DNA of 64,000 nt from Eledone cirrhosa (Eukaryota). The DNA lies in the NCBI GenBank assembly GCA_964016885.1, contig OZ024746.1:36952001-37016000 (forward strand). Reading direction: 5' to 3'. The notes beneath the pieces are model-generated. The model was not told where the DNA came from, did no database searches, and saw only the letters and a program-made list of their open reading frames with translations. A program made the position numbers and the translations under genes. How positions within the stretch are numbered: the stretch's first letter is position 1; each line of letters starts with the position of its first letter. Shown here one piece after another: positions 29,228-41,609 of this stretch.

Positions 29228-30218
29228 TATATATATATATATATATACATATATACACGCACATATACATACATAAATATATATATACACACACATACAC
29301 ACTTACATATACATATAATTATTGAAGGGGGCAGGGAAATTAAATTTATTAGTGAGAAATAATAGATATATATAGATTTCAAGGAACATAGAGTCATAAC
29401 CTGAAGTTAAAGCATTATATATGTTTACTTAATGGTATCAGTTTTAGGAAATGATAGTTGTAAGAAGGAAAGTAAAATTATGTAGTTCATCAGTAGTATT
29501 ATATTAATTATAGGTTAACTAAATTAAAAGCAGTTCATATATTAATTTCTAAAGTGTATATTAATTAGGTTTATAATATTTAAAGGTTTTTCTCAGTTTA
29601 TGATTACACGATATTATTAATTCCTGTCGCTTATTTAATAGGATATCCTTAGATTTCATTATTTCAAAAAGTTCTTGGGAACATAATCTACATTCATATC
29701 TACTATTTTGATAAGGGGTGGCCTTTTTGAGCACACTCCAGGTCAGGTCATAATCTATATTCCTCTTTCTATAACTATTAATTATTTCAGCTAGAGATGT
29801 TGTATTAGCTAGTGCGGCATTTTTAAAACTATGTTTGTGGGTATTAAATCTTACCTTAAATTTGTTATAGGTAGCTCCTATATATGAATAAATTGAGTCT
29901 TTAGTGTTAACTTTAAATTTATATACTATGTTATTAACAAGGCAATTTCCTTTTAATGGACATTTTGCCTTGTTTCTACAGTTACAACTTTTCGTGAATC
30001 CTGTATCTGAGGAGATATTATGGTTAGTTTGATGTACTGGTGGTATACTCATGTTTTTTTTACATTTATATGCATTATAGGCACTTATATTTTGTTTTAA
30101 GTTTTTGGTTGTTGAGTAGGAGAATTTAACCGTTGACCTATTTAAAATTTGATGGTATTTGTGGTTTGGCGGGAAGTTTTTCTCTAGGATATTAAAGAAT
30201 TTTTTAGGTATATTATCC

Positions 30219-30220
<2 letters not shown>
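28181..30220 (-). mobile_element. 5'-truncated Penelope-like element (Hydra-clade-like, family D): GIY-YIG end, ~1 kb 3'UTR, pLTR with HHR
   Basis: ORF 29561-30052: CNCRNKAKCPLKGNCL..NIVY..YIG..FKVRFNTH..CRLC..LLNKRQELIISCNH. Bounded by (AT)n on both sides. Confidence 0.8.
28371..28512 (-). ncRNA. Type I hammerhead ribozyme with ~105-nt stem II and palindromic stem III
   Basis: Minus strand: tcattattt-CTGAAGA-cagcatatatatgtgt...acacatatatatccta-GAAAC-gatc-GTA-aaatgatga. Confidence 0.78.
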
Positions 30221-30254
<34 letters not shown>

Positions 30255-30349
30255 CAAGCAAATGTGTGTATGTTTCCATATGCGTTTGCTTGTAGTAATA
30301 AAAATAAATGTGAAGACTAAAATCCGATTATTTTCTTAAACTTTAATCT

Positions 30350-30418
<69 letters not shown>

Positions 30419-30490
30419 GTTTGATTGTGAGTTTATTTATGCGTGTTTCAGATGGATAATCACACCACAAATGATAATATAATTATTGTA

Positions 30491-30551
30491 ATGTCTGATG
30501 AGATCATCTCCAAATATCATATAAGGGATCCTATCGAAATACGCATCACAT
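30491..30551 (+). ncRNA. Type I hammerhead ribozyme (solo pLTR-like remnant)
   Basis: atgt-CTGATGA-gat..atctc..gggat..atc-GAAAT-acgc-ATC-acat. Confidence 0.7.
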
Positions 30552-31404
30552 GATTTGGTATTTCTCAAAATAAAACAAACATAAAACAGCCCAGCAAAGA
30601 TAAAGTAACACCAATTGACACAGATCTATCAACATGGGATTCCAATAACAATTCGGTGGATCTAGAGTCAGGACCTCTCAGAAAAAATAGGTATATTTTG
30701 TCTGAAGTATAGTATTTATATTACATAGTATTTATAGTAGATGTATTACATATGTAATCAATTAACTTAAAAATACATTTAGAAATGTATAAACTCCGAT
30801 ATTTCTCTCTCTTTCTCTCTCCTTCTCTATCTCACTCTCTCCCCCTCTCTCTCTCTTTCTCTGCCTATATATATATATATTTATATGTGTGTGTCTGTGT
30901 TTAGGATTATCTGATATATATTTCAGGGTGTATTTGTGTATAAATTTAAGATTGGTCATGCCCACAAAGTTTTCGACAACTGTTGTAGATCTGGGACACG
31001 TGAGCAGCGAGGAAGGACCCACGTCTCCTCTTTGATTTGCAGAAAATTACAAACAAAATTGTATTCGTTTGTGAATAATAATACTTTTTTAATAATATTA
31101 TAACATACGGTTTGTTTACAAGTAAACAGCCTCATAAAACAACTCGTAGTAGATGACGGCGTCTTCATTTTGTCCCAGTGGTAGCGAAATTATTCATATA
31201 ATCAGCCGATGTATACACTTCAGAATACTATGTATTTGCAGTAGTTCCCACGAGAAGCAGATACGAGACAATACACAATATTGAACACGAGGAAGACATT
31301 CTAAATCAATTAACAATTGTCATTTGCCGATTGATTTCGAATATTATTATATTATTATTTTCATTCTCACCCGAATACACTTAGGTGCGAAAACACATTA
31401 TTTC

Positions 31405-31472
<68 letters not shown>

Positions 31473-31931
31473 GTGTGTGTATTGGGAGGGTAGAAATAAA
31501 TAAAGATAGAGAGAGAGAGTGAGAGAGAAGATAGATAGATAGATAGAGAGAGAGGGAGAGAGATAGAGATACAGAGGGAGAGAGAGAGAGTGAGTGAGAG
31601 AGATAGAGAGAGAGAGAGAGCGAGAGAGAGAGTGAGAGAGAGAGAGAGAAAGAGAGTTATACTGTGCAAAACAAAGTTACATATTTTTATAACAAGCTCA
31701 TTTGGACAAAAGTCCGTCAGATGTCTATACTAAAATATTAGTGTGTTGAATTACATTATCCATAGGTAATAATATATATGCTATAGATTTTTGGAGGATG
31801 TATAATATCATAAACAATATAGGCTAATATGTATTTACATCTCTGTGTGGCAGATCGACTTGAAAGACTGTATACAATCACGTTCGTTTGTAATTTCAAT
31901 TGTTCCATCGTTGTCCCTATCTGACATACTG

Positions 31932-32131
31932 NNNNNNNNNNNNNNNNNNNNNNNNNNNNNNNNNNNNNNNNNNNNNNNNNNNNNNNNNNNNNNNNNNNNN
32001 NNNNNNNNNNNNNNNNNNNNNNNNNNNNNNNNNNNNNNNNNNNNNNNNNNNNNNNNNNNNNNNNNNNNNNNNNNNNNNNNNNNNNNNNNNNNNNNNNNNN
32101 NNNNNNNNNNNNNNNNNNNNNNNNNNNNNNN
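31932..32131. other. Assembly gap (200 N)
   Basis: Run of N. Confidence 1.
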
Positions 32132-34170
32132 GAGAATATCTTACGGTGACAGGTCAACAAGTGGGGGGCCAAATACTAAAGAAACTACCACGAAATAATA
32201 ATTCAGAGTCCCGAAACTAATACGAAATAATTGCCTCCACCCTACGCACAAGCCAGCAACCACCCAGTGCAAAAAATAAACTAATACGAAATAATAATTC
32301 AGAATCCCGAAAATGAGTACTAATACTATCTCTAAGGATGCCGCTAGGACACAACAATTCTAGGGCAAACTACATAAATGCTCGTACGAGGTATATGAAA
32401 CATTTGATACGGAAAATTAATTCAGAAACTTTGCACAAAATATCGTCTCCTCTAACAACAAAACACTCAACCGCTATGGAAGAAATAACCTAAATAGCAG
32501 TGGAGAGCCTACCAGGAGGTCCAACTGTCCTGATGGATCCATTTGCCCCCTCGACAACAGATGCAGAGATCGTAATGCAGAGATCGTAATTTGATCTACC
32601 AGTGCAACGTGAGGACGGACACCTCCAACAAAGCGTATATAGGATTAACCGCATGTGACTTCAAGACCCGGCTATACCAACACAGACATACTTTACGAAA
32701 GCCGGCCCGGCGTCACGCCACCACACGTTCGGGCCACATCTGGGACCTCAAACACAACAATATCACCTATGATCTCACTTGGAGCTTACTGTCCAGAGCC
32801 AACAATTGATGCTCGGGGGTAACTTTACAAATGCTGTTTTCAACGGACCAACTCCTAAACAAGAAAGACGAACACAGTTTGCGTAGGACTTACCTCGTTC
32901 TCAAACCACATAATTACCGGGGAGGGTAGACAAGGGCTGTAACACCCCACTTGCCTACTTTGTAATGGGTAACTCCTGCTTGCTAAGGTAGACGTAAGAT
33001 CTTCTTTCATATCTTTTTATCGTTTCCTCTATATTTCCTTCTTCCCCCCATCCCTTCCTAGTCCTTCCTCACCAGTCCTTCTTTGTCGTCGTCCTTTAAA
33101 TTTTCTTGCCCACCCGAGGTAGCCCCTCGGTCTTTTGTAGCCTCAGTACCCCCACCCGCATCCCCTATTCTATGATAGAATTGGCCGACTCCGTGTTTTA
33201 TAGCAGATGTGATAGACCCCAGATACTTGCTTTCTTATCCGATTGCGGCCCCATTTCCGTGCTTTCTACATTTCTTAGTGGTATCTCTGCTTTAATTGCT
33301 CGTATATCAGTATTTATTGTGTGGGGGGGGGGGGGTATAGGGAGGGGATTCTGAATTAATGTTTTTAGTATACCACGTACGACCATTTATGTAGTTTGCA
33401 CTAGAATTTTTGTATCGTAGCGGCACCCTTAGAGATAGTATTAGTATTCATTTTCTGGATTCTGAATTATTATTTCGTATTAGTTTATTTTTTGCACTGG
33501 GTGGTTGCTGGCCTTGTGCCTACGGTGGAGGCAATTATTTCGTATTAGTTTCGGGACTCAGAATTATTATTTCGTGGTAGTTTCTTTAGTATTTTGGCCC
33601 CCCACTTGTTGACCTGTTACCGTAAGATATATTCAGTTGATTACTATTAACTCTTAAATTGGTGTCTTTACAATTCCGTCCCACCTAGTAAACTTTTCTA
33701 TAGTTTAGCAGTACCAGTGAGAGAATTGAAGACTGTCGTTAGGGAATAGTAACCAGAAATTGATTTTTTTATATTTTTAACATTATTGGTATTCTTCTAT
33801 ATATTTACTCCATATTGATTTACTTTTAGTTTCGACTTCATCCCCCTCCCTCTCCCTAGAATACTTGCTTGACCTACTGCCCTGCTGTAGTTGGCACTGT
33901 CAACGCACGACTGGGTTTCCTCCACTCCCTTTCCCTCTCCCTCTTTCTTCTACTGGCAGGTTCAGCTACGCCTTCCTTCGACAAATTACCATGATAGAAT
34001 TATGTGTCTCAACAACAAAACTTTGACCAATCCTTGTGACAATCACTTTTACCATATATGGAATTACCACCTGAGAAGCTGGGTTATTCATATACCAGTA
34101 TAAAAATGTTCATTTTGTCCAGAATTATCCGTCGAAACGGCTTCAGCTCAGCCTTCGGGGTACTACTCGT

Positions 34171-34174
<4 letters not shown>
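32132..34174 (+). mobile_element. PLE family C, 5'-truncated copy with an inverted 3'UTR segment (32132-32427) at its 5' end
   Basis: 32428-32930 encodes GIY-YIG remnants (IYQCNVRTDTSNKAYIGLTACDFKTRLYQH). 32132-32427 is the reverse complement of ~33350-33632. Homologous to 59409-61205. Confidence 0.85.
34065..34162 (+). ncRNA. Hammerhead-like ribozyme of family C pLTR (non-canonical core, degenerate in this copy)
   Basis: taccac-CTGAGAA-stem II-GAAAC-GGCT..AGCC-TTC-ggggta; a better-paired homolog lies at 59421-59517. Confidence 0.55.
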
Positions 34175-34212
<38 letters not shown>

Positions 34213-34324
34213 ATTAATATTATTATTATTATTCTCTACATTTCTTACATCTAACTAAAATATGTTGACAATATTTTAATAATGTCTTCCTTGCGAAGTT
34301 TGTGGTCTTGTTCTGCTTAACTAA

Positions 34325-34375
<51 letters not shown>

Positions 34376-34433
34376 CACCTGATGATTTCTCCCGAATGGA
34401 ACAGTTCTAGTCCTGTAGAAGCCTTTTCTATAC

Positions 34434-34506
<73 letters not shown>

Positions 34507-34547
34507 TGTTATACTTTGGGAGGGTCATGTTGCCAAATTCAGAAAGG

Positions 34548-34593
<46 letters not shown>

Positions 34594-34619
34594 TGTATAT
34601 ATTTATATATAAATATATA

Positions 34620-34650
<31 letters not shown>

Positions 34651-34689
34651 TACATGTATGTACGTATGTATGTAGGTATATATATATAC

Positions 34690-36918
34690 CTATATTTTTC
34701 TCTAGCGTATCCTTACTTAATAGAAAGTCTGAGATATTCTCTTCTTGCCCCCACTTCATTTCTAATTCTTACTTTTATTATAAACCCAAACGTTCTAGTA
34801 GTACAAATTGTACCCATTAGCAGATATATTCCATTACTTATTTTTTAGTTTAGGTTCATTTGTTTGCCAACATTATTGTTATCATCATTATTACCATTGG
34901 TTTTTGATGACTCTTCATTCTAGCTCTCATAATCATCTGGCTACTGTACCATATCTATGTTTTCACTATTACACCTTGTTAATATATATAAGATTACACA
35001 CTTTACGCCATTTACTTTATTTTATTATTATCTTTATTTTTATTTTTATTATTAATTTTATTTTTAATTTTATTTTTAATTTTAATTTTATTCAGATTCA
35101 TCTTTGGATACCCCCCCTAACCTCCCCCCCATGCGCACATAAACTTATTGTCAACCCCTCCAGATTGACTATGATTATATTAACCCCCCCCCCTTTCTTT
35201 TACGCTCTGTTCTATTATTTATTATAGTATATCGACTATATTTTATGCCCCTTTGCATCCTCCATATATTTCTTCAATTCTGTCCCCATTAGCCTACCTT
35301 AATTCTACTTAAGTCAGTTTTTTAGATATCGTTATGTATATGATAGTAAACAATTTCATTTCTTCTTGTAAACATTTGTAACGAAACATTAAAGTTTATA
35401 AACTTTAATGACTTAAACTACAGCTAATATTATACTACCTTATTGGATAGTTTTAATATTTTTAATATTAATTGATCAAATAGGGTTCTGAGTCAATTAA
35501 AGTGATTGTTTTCCTTAGTTTTTACCTTATTGTTATCATCATTTGAGACCTAAATGTGTATATATTTGTTTTTGTTTTGTAATTTCCGGTTGATTATATT
35601 TATTTATTTTATTCTATATTTTTAAACTCTATTTACTATTCACTGTCTGGCTTTACTTACACATCCACATATGTCTGTCTACTAACCTTGAAATTATAAG
35701 TATTTATATATTATTTTATATATTATTTTATGTCAATTTATTTTATATAATATATTATATTATATTGTATTGTAATATTGATCCTTATTACTTACTGTTC
35801 ATTATATGTAACACTATGATATTTAAACTTTATATATCATGTAAGATGTCTGTATTTTTGTAATATCGTATTATTGATCCTTATTACTTACTGTTCATTA
35901 TATGTAACATTATGATATTTAGACTTTACATATCATGTAAAATGTCTGTATATTTTTTTCTGTACCATCATCATTTTTTCTGTACCATCATAGTGTTTTT
36001 TGAGTATTGTATAATTTATTTTTCCTCATTTACTCTGTAACCCAGTATGAATCGATTTGTATATATTGTTTATTGTAAATGTTAGTACATTGTTAACATA
36101 TTATCATTATATTATTATTGTGACATCTATAGTGTTTGTGTAAATTAACCGGGGATTATCTATTATATTATATTGAATTATATAATTTTATTGTTTATTA
36201 TTTATTATATGTGTCTCTTGTAATTATATCATATTATTGCTTCATGTATATTGGGTAGATGTATTGGTATTATTTTCACTCTTATCATGCTTATTTTTAT
36301 ATTCAAACTTCTAATAAGGCTTAATTGGTGTAGTTGAACATAGATGTGCGTATTGTTGTACGTGTGTGTGTGTGTGTGTGCGCGCACATATATACATGTA
36401 TATATTGTACCTTTTGATTTTTAATTGTAATTTTAATGTTGGTAAAGGTATATTATTATAATGTATTATGTTATATTACATTGTGTTATATATAATTCCT
36501 GCTCTATATAACCACATTTGTTTAGCTTTAGGTTAGTTGCTTCGGACTATATTTGTAATATGGTTCTTAATGTTATATACATCCTTAGTTATTCTTATTA
36601 TATATTTTTATTATTTTTATTTTTATTTTTATTATATATTTTTGCAAGACTTTAGCGTATGTACACTCCATATTCTTCGGAGCTTCCGGCTTGTATCTGC
36701 CGATATTACTTCTTGTTGTTTTGATTGCCCTGATGAGTCCTTAATAGGACGAAACATTGTCGGCTAATAAAAACTTTTGATGTATTAAAGGATTCTTTGT
36801 TTTACTCTCTTAATTTTTTGGCTCTGTTTAACTGCATTGAGCTATACCTTTTACTGTCATTTCTATAATACGAAGAGGGTGTTTAACTCCAACACGCTCC
36901 AGTATTTTAATCCCTGGT
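34690..36918 (+). mobile_element. Extremely 5'-truncated PLE (family E): last ~40 codons of GIY-YIG, ~1.9 kb 3'UTR, HHR-bearing pLTR
   Basis: [15 protein letters not shown]...* ending at 34820 matches the LLNKRxEIxSxCxH C-terminus of the other PLEs; canonical HHR at 36727; (AT)n on both sides. Confidence 0.7.
36727..36764 (+). ncRNA. Canonical minimal type I hammerhead ribozyme
   Basis: gcc-CTGATGA-GTCCT taat AGGAC-GAAAC-att-GTC-ggc; predicted cleavage after C36761. Confidence 0.85.
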
Positions 36919-37171
36919 ATATATATATATATATATATATTTAATATAGAAAAGGCTTCTACAGGACGAGAACTGTTTCATTCGGGAGAAATCATCAGTT
37001 TTAGTCCTTTATAAGCCTTTTCTATATTAAATATGTATACTCTGCTTTATATTGAGTACTGTACTTACTGTGGTTACCCCAGATTGAACTCGGCATAAAA
37101 TTATATAAAATGCGAACTAGTTGCGAATGTTAAAGAACATCAACTTATCCAACTATTTCACATTATATTAT

Positions 37172-37491
37172 TCTACGGTCTGAGTTCAAATCCCGCTGAG
37201 GCTAACTTTGCCTTTCATACTTACGGGGTCGAGATAATAAAGTACCAGTAATATACTGCGTAATTGCTGGCCTTGTGCTAATAGTAGAAACAATTATCTT
37301 CTTCTATGGTGGATTGGCAGTATCAGTAGAGGCTCGGACGCCATGGTTGGCACCATATAGTTAGGTCCCTCTAAGGTTTGATATCACATCCAGCCAAGAG
37401 TTTGCCATTCCTCCTTACGGGGTCGGTAAATAAAGTACCAGTAATGCAATGGATTTATTGCTGGCCGTGTGCCAAATATAGAAACAATTAT
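37172..37491 (+). mobile_element. Two adjacent SINE S1 copies (one 5'-truncated, one degenerate)
   Basis: Two GGGGTCG..AAAGTACCAGTAAT..GCTGGCC..GAAACAATTAT units in tandem. Confidence 0.75.
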
Positions 37492-37578
37492 CTCATTCTA
37501 AATATACTCCGTCATTTCTATAACGTACTAAAAGTGCGTAGAGTGCTTGATTTGAATTTGCGTCAATATTTACCGTGA

Positions 37579-37630
<52 letters not shown>

Positions 37631-37631
<1 letters not shown>

Positions 37632-38869
37632 CGGAAAAAATGAAATTGAAATTTCATTCCTCACTCTTAGTATGGCTGATACTTAAATATAAGTATGTAT
37701 ACGTAAATACATATATGTATACCGAAGTACAGTAGTATGTATATACATACATACATGTACACCAATATATATGTACGTATGGGTTTACCGAACATTTATT
37801 TTAATGTTCGGTTTGTTTGTAAACAAACAGCCCGAATTAAGCCGAACAGTGTTCGGCAACCATCGTTGCCATTTTTTTCAACATTGACAAAAGAACGATG
37901 AACTATTTTATAGCTTCTTAGCTATCATCAGCACCGTATACCCTCCTGTCAATGGATTGAACATGTGAAAGTATATACTTTCCTTATGCATATTAACGGT
38001 TGAGCAGACTAATTTGTATATCGAGTGAGTTAGTCGGCCGGGGTACCGAAAAATGGAAAAAAATGAAATTGCAATTTCATTCCTCACTCTTAGTACGGCT
38101 GATACTTAAATATAAGTATGTATACGTACATACATAAATGTATACAGACGTACAGTAGTATGTATATACATACATACATGTACACATATATATATGTACG
38201 TATGGGTTTACCGAACATTAATTATAATGCTCGGTTTGTTTGTAAAGGGACATCCCGAATTAGTAGCCGTACAGTGTTGGACAACCATCGTTGCCCTTTT
38301 GTTCAACACTGACTAAGGAACGATAAACCGGTTTCTAGTTTATTAGCTGTCATCTGCATTGTATACCTTCCTGTCAGTCGATTGAACGTTTGAAAGTATA
38401 TACTTTCCTTATGCATATTAACGGCTGAGCAGCTCTAATTTGCATATCCAGCGAGCTAGTCGGCCGGGTGGACCGAAAACGATGAATGGAAAAAATGAAA
38501 TTTCATCTCTCACTCGTAGTACGGCTGATACTTAAATATAAGTATCGACTAACAGGAAGGTATATGATGCTGATGAGATCTAATAGGCTACAAACTAGTT
38601 CATCGTTCCTTAGTCAGTGTTGAACAAAGGGCAACGATAGTTGCAGATCCATGTACATCTACTAATTCGGGCTGTTTGTTTACAAACAAATCGAGAATGA
38701 TAATAAATATTCGGTAAACACATACGTACATATATATATATATATATGTGCATGTATGTATGTATATACATACTAGTGTACGTCTGTATACATATATGAA
38801 CGTACGTATACATACTTATATTTAAGAATCAACCGTACTTAGAGTGAGAAATGGAATTTCATTTTTTCC

Positions 38870-38871
<2 letters not shown>
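37631..38871 (-). repeat. Retrozyme-like HHR repeat array: ~2.2 tandem monomers (period 423-426 bp) plus an inverted partial monomer (38545-38871)
   Basis: Anchor TCACTC at 37661, 38084 and 38510. HHR cores at 37895-37937 (-), ~38320-38362 (-) and ~38564-38606 (+), each with core mutations. Confidence 0.8.
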
Positions 38872-38960
<89 letters not shown>

Positions 38961-38967
38961 TATATAT

Positions 38968-39190
38968 TGTTATAATAATAAATGTGAAGACTAAAATACA
39001 AAGAGGGCTCGATAAGGATAAATATATATCAAATATATAAGAACCGTAGAGCAAATATTTATTAAAATAACAGATTAAAGTTTAATCAAAGAATCGTTGC
39101 TCTCACCCTTAATGGGATTTTTGAAGATCCGGTTCAGGGTGAAAGCAGCGATTCTTTGCTTAAACTTTAATCTGTTATTTTAATAAATAC
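38968..39190. mobile_element. Solo inverted pLTR pair of PLE family B in (AT)n
   Basis: 39055-39120 is the reverse complement of 39121-39190; both match 51200-51272, and 38970-39060 matches 48305-48395. Confidence 0.75.
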
Positions 39191-39238
39191 ATATATATGT
39201 ATATATATATATATATGTGTGTGTGTATATGTATATAT

Positions 39239-39313
<75 letters not shown>

Positions 39314-39406
39314 TACATACATATATATGTATTGGTACACACCACATGATTTCAAAAATATTAGCATAACAAATTCATTTACATTTAAAGTCCATTTATA
39401 TGGAAA

Positions 39407-39590
39407 TAATTGTTTCTACTTTTGGCACAACGTTAGCAATTATCCCAGTTTATTAATAGTACTTTATTTTATCGACCACGTAAGGATGAAAGACAAAGTT
39501 AACCTCGGCGGGATTTTAACTCAGATTATAAAGGGCCGTAACTCTTTGCTGCAAAGAATGGCATCCGACCATTTACGGATACTACCAATC
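39407..39590 (-). mobile_element. SINE S1, diverged, with TSD
   Basis: TSD-like TCCATTTATATGGAA(A/G)TAAT at 39391 and 39589. Confidence 0.8.
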
Positions 39591-40156
39591 CATTTATATG
39601 GAAGTAATACCACAGGTTCACATTTAAAACACGAAACACAGGGGTTCTTAGACAACGTAGCTGATTACAAAATGACATGAGGATCTACTTTACAAAAGAA
39701 TTAATGCCAAAAATAGATATTGTAAGTAATGACTAGCGCATCGATTAATTCCAGGATCGAATGCTATGCCGTTGGAATGTAATTTATCTATTATATGGTG
39801 AATATTCCTCGGACAAAATAGCAATGTTATTCAAATATTTATCACATAAACCACAGAATTAAATTTAAAACGCCTTCATCAACATTTAAATATATACATC
39901 CATATATATCCTTCCCTCTCCCCCCTCCCTCTCTCTCTATATATATATTTAAAAAATACAAGTGTGACACACGAGTTGCGATATATTATTAAAAAGGAAA
40001 AGAAAACGGTGACAAATTTTTCCCAGTGAAAAGTATTTTAATTAGGAATAAGTATAAATTAGTAATAATTATTATTTTGTATTCAGTTTTAGTTTTAAGT
40101 TTTTACCGGTTGCGCATTGCGCATTTCAAAAATAATTTGTAGTCAAAAATTCTTGT

Positions 40157-40587
40157 AGACCTGAAAAATGCGCTAGCTCAAAGAGACACAGAATATTATA
40201 ATAAACCTTCACAAGTGTGGGAGTAGAGTTGTTGCTCAAAAACATTGTAATCATTATCTATCGTACACACTGTGGAATCCGTTTATAAAAAAGAGACTCA
40301 TAACGAACTCAAGACCACACGATAATTATTTAAGCTAATGTTCAATATCTCATATTAGATGTTTAGTACTGATTAATACGAAAGGCACTTAAACCAAATT
40401 ATATATATTCACTTAAATAATTATCGTGTCGTCTTGAGTTCGTTATTATTCTAATTTTATAAAAGGATGCCACAGAGTACGATAGATATTGATTACAATA
40501 TTTTTGAGCAACTACTCGAGTCCCACACTTTTGAAGGTTTATTATAACATCCTGTGGCTCTTTTGAGCTCGCGCATTTTTCAGGTCT
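40157..40587. mobile_element. Foldback/MITE-like element with ~180-bp imperfect terminal inverted repeats
   Basis: 40157-40334 (AGACCTGAAAAATGCGC...GATAATTATTTAAG) pairs with 40411-40587 (CTTAAATAATTATC...GCGCATTTTTCAGGTCT). Confidence 0.75.
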
Positions 40588-41379
40588 CGTTTAATATTTT
40601 TTTAAGGCAACGCTTGTAATAACTCTAGTTAAACATGATATATATTAATAATAAATTATCGTTGTAATGTAATTAGATTATATAATTATTTTATAAATGA
40701 TGTTACAAATATTATTGTAAGATGTATAAAAATATGTTCAGAATTTTAATAAAAACAACTGCAAAAAAGAATCAATATTAAATAAATATATTTTACATAA
40801 TAATTGTTATAGTTGAATTAATAAAAATTAAATATTACATACACATAGTCTAATATAATAAAAAAAATAATCTCACATAATAATAATAAAATAATCTAAC
40901 CTAAAACGAACAATAATATGGACAAATATACAAGTAAATATGATACAACCAATATTATAAGCATGGTATAACGAAATGAAAAAAAAAGTTAATATACATT
41001 TAAAAAATCATAAATAAATTAACAATATAACTTACCAAAACGAGAAAAAATATATTAATATTAAAACGACGAAATACAGGAGGAAGATTCGAAAGCGAAA
41101 CGATAAATAAACATGCAAACAAAGTGGGGTATGCTTTTGAGCAACAATTACTCTCATTGGTTGATTAGTCAATAAGACGATGCATTACAAAACATGTTTG
41201 GGAGGGATCACCACGGCCATGAAACCCCTTGTATATTTTACTCACAAGCTACGCATATATGTCAAGAACACGCAGACTTAAAACATTGTGTTGTTAATCG
41301 CTGCGTATCTAACATATGTGTGCATGTACGTATGTATATACATACTAGTGTAGGTCTGTATACATATATATATGTACGT

Positions 41380-41476
<97 letters not shown>

Positions 41477-41505
41477 CATATATATATACATATATATATA
41501 CATAT

Positions 41506-41609
<104 letters not shown>

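Noticed and set aside
37631-38545. CRISPR-like or ordinary satellite interpretation of the tandem repeats
   Set aside because: Eukaryotic context, no repeat-spacer structure or cas genes; whole monomers repeat and carry hammerheads.
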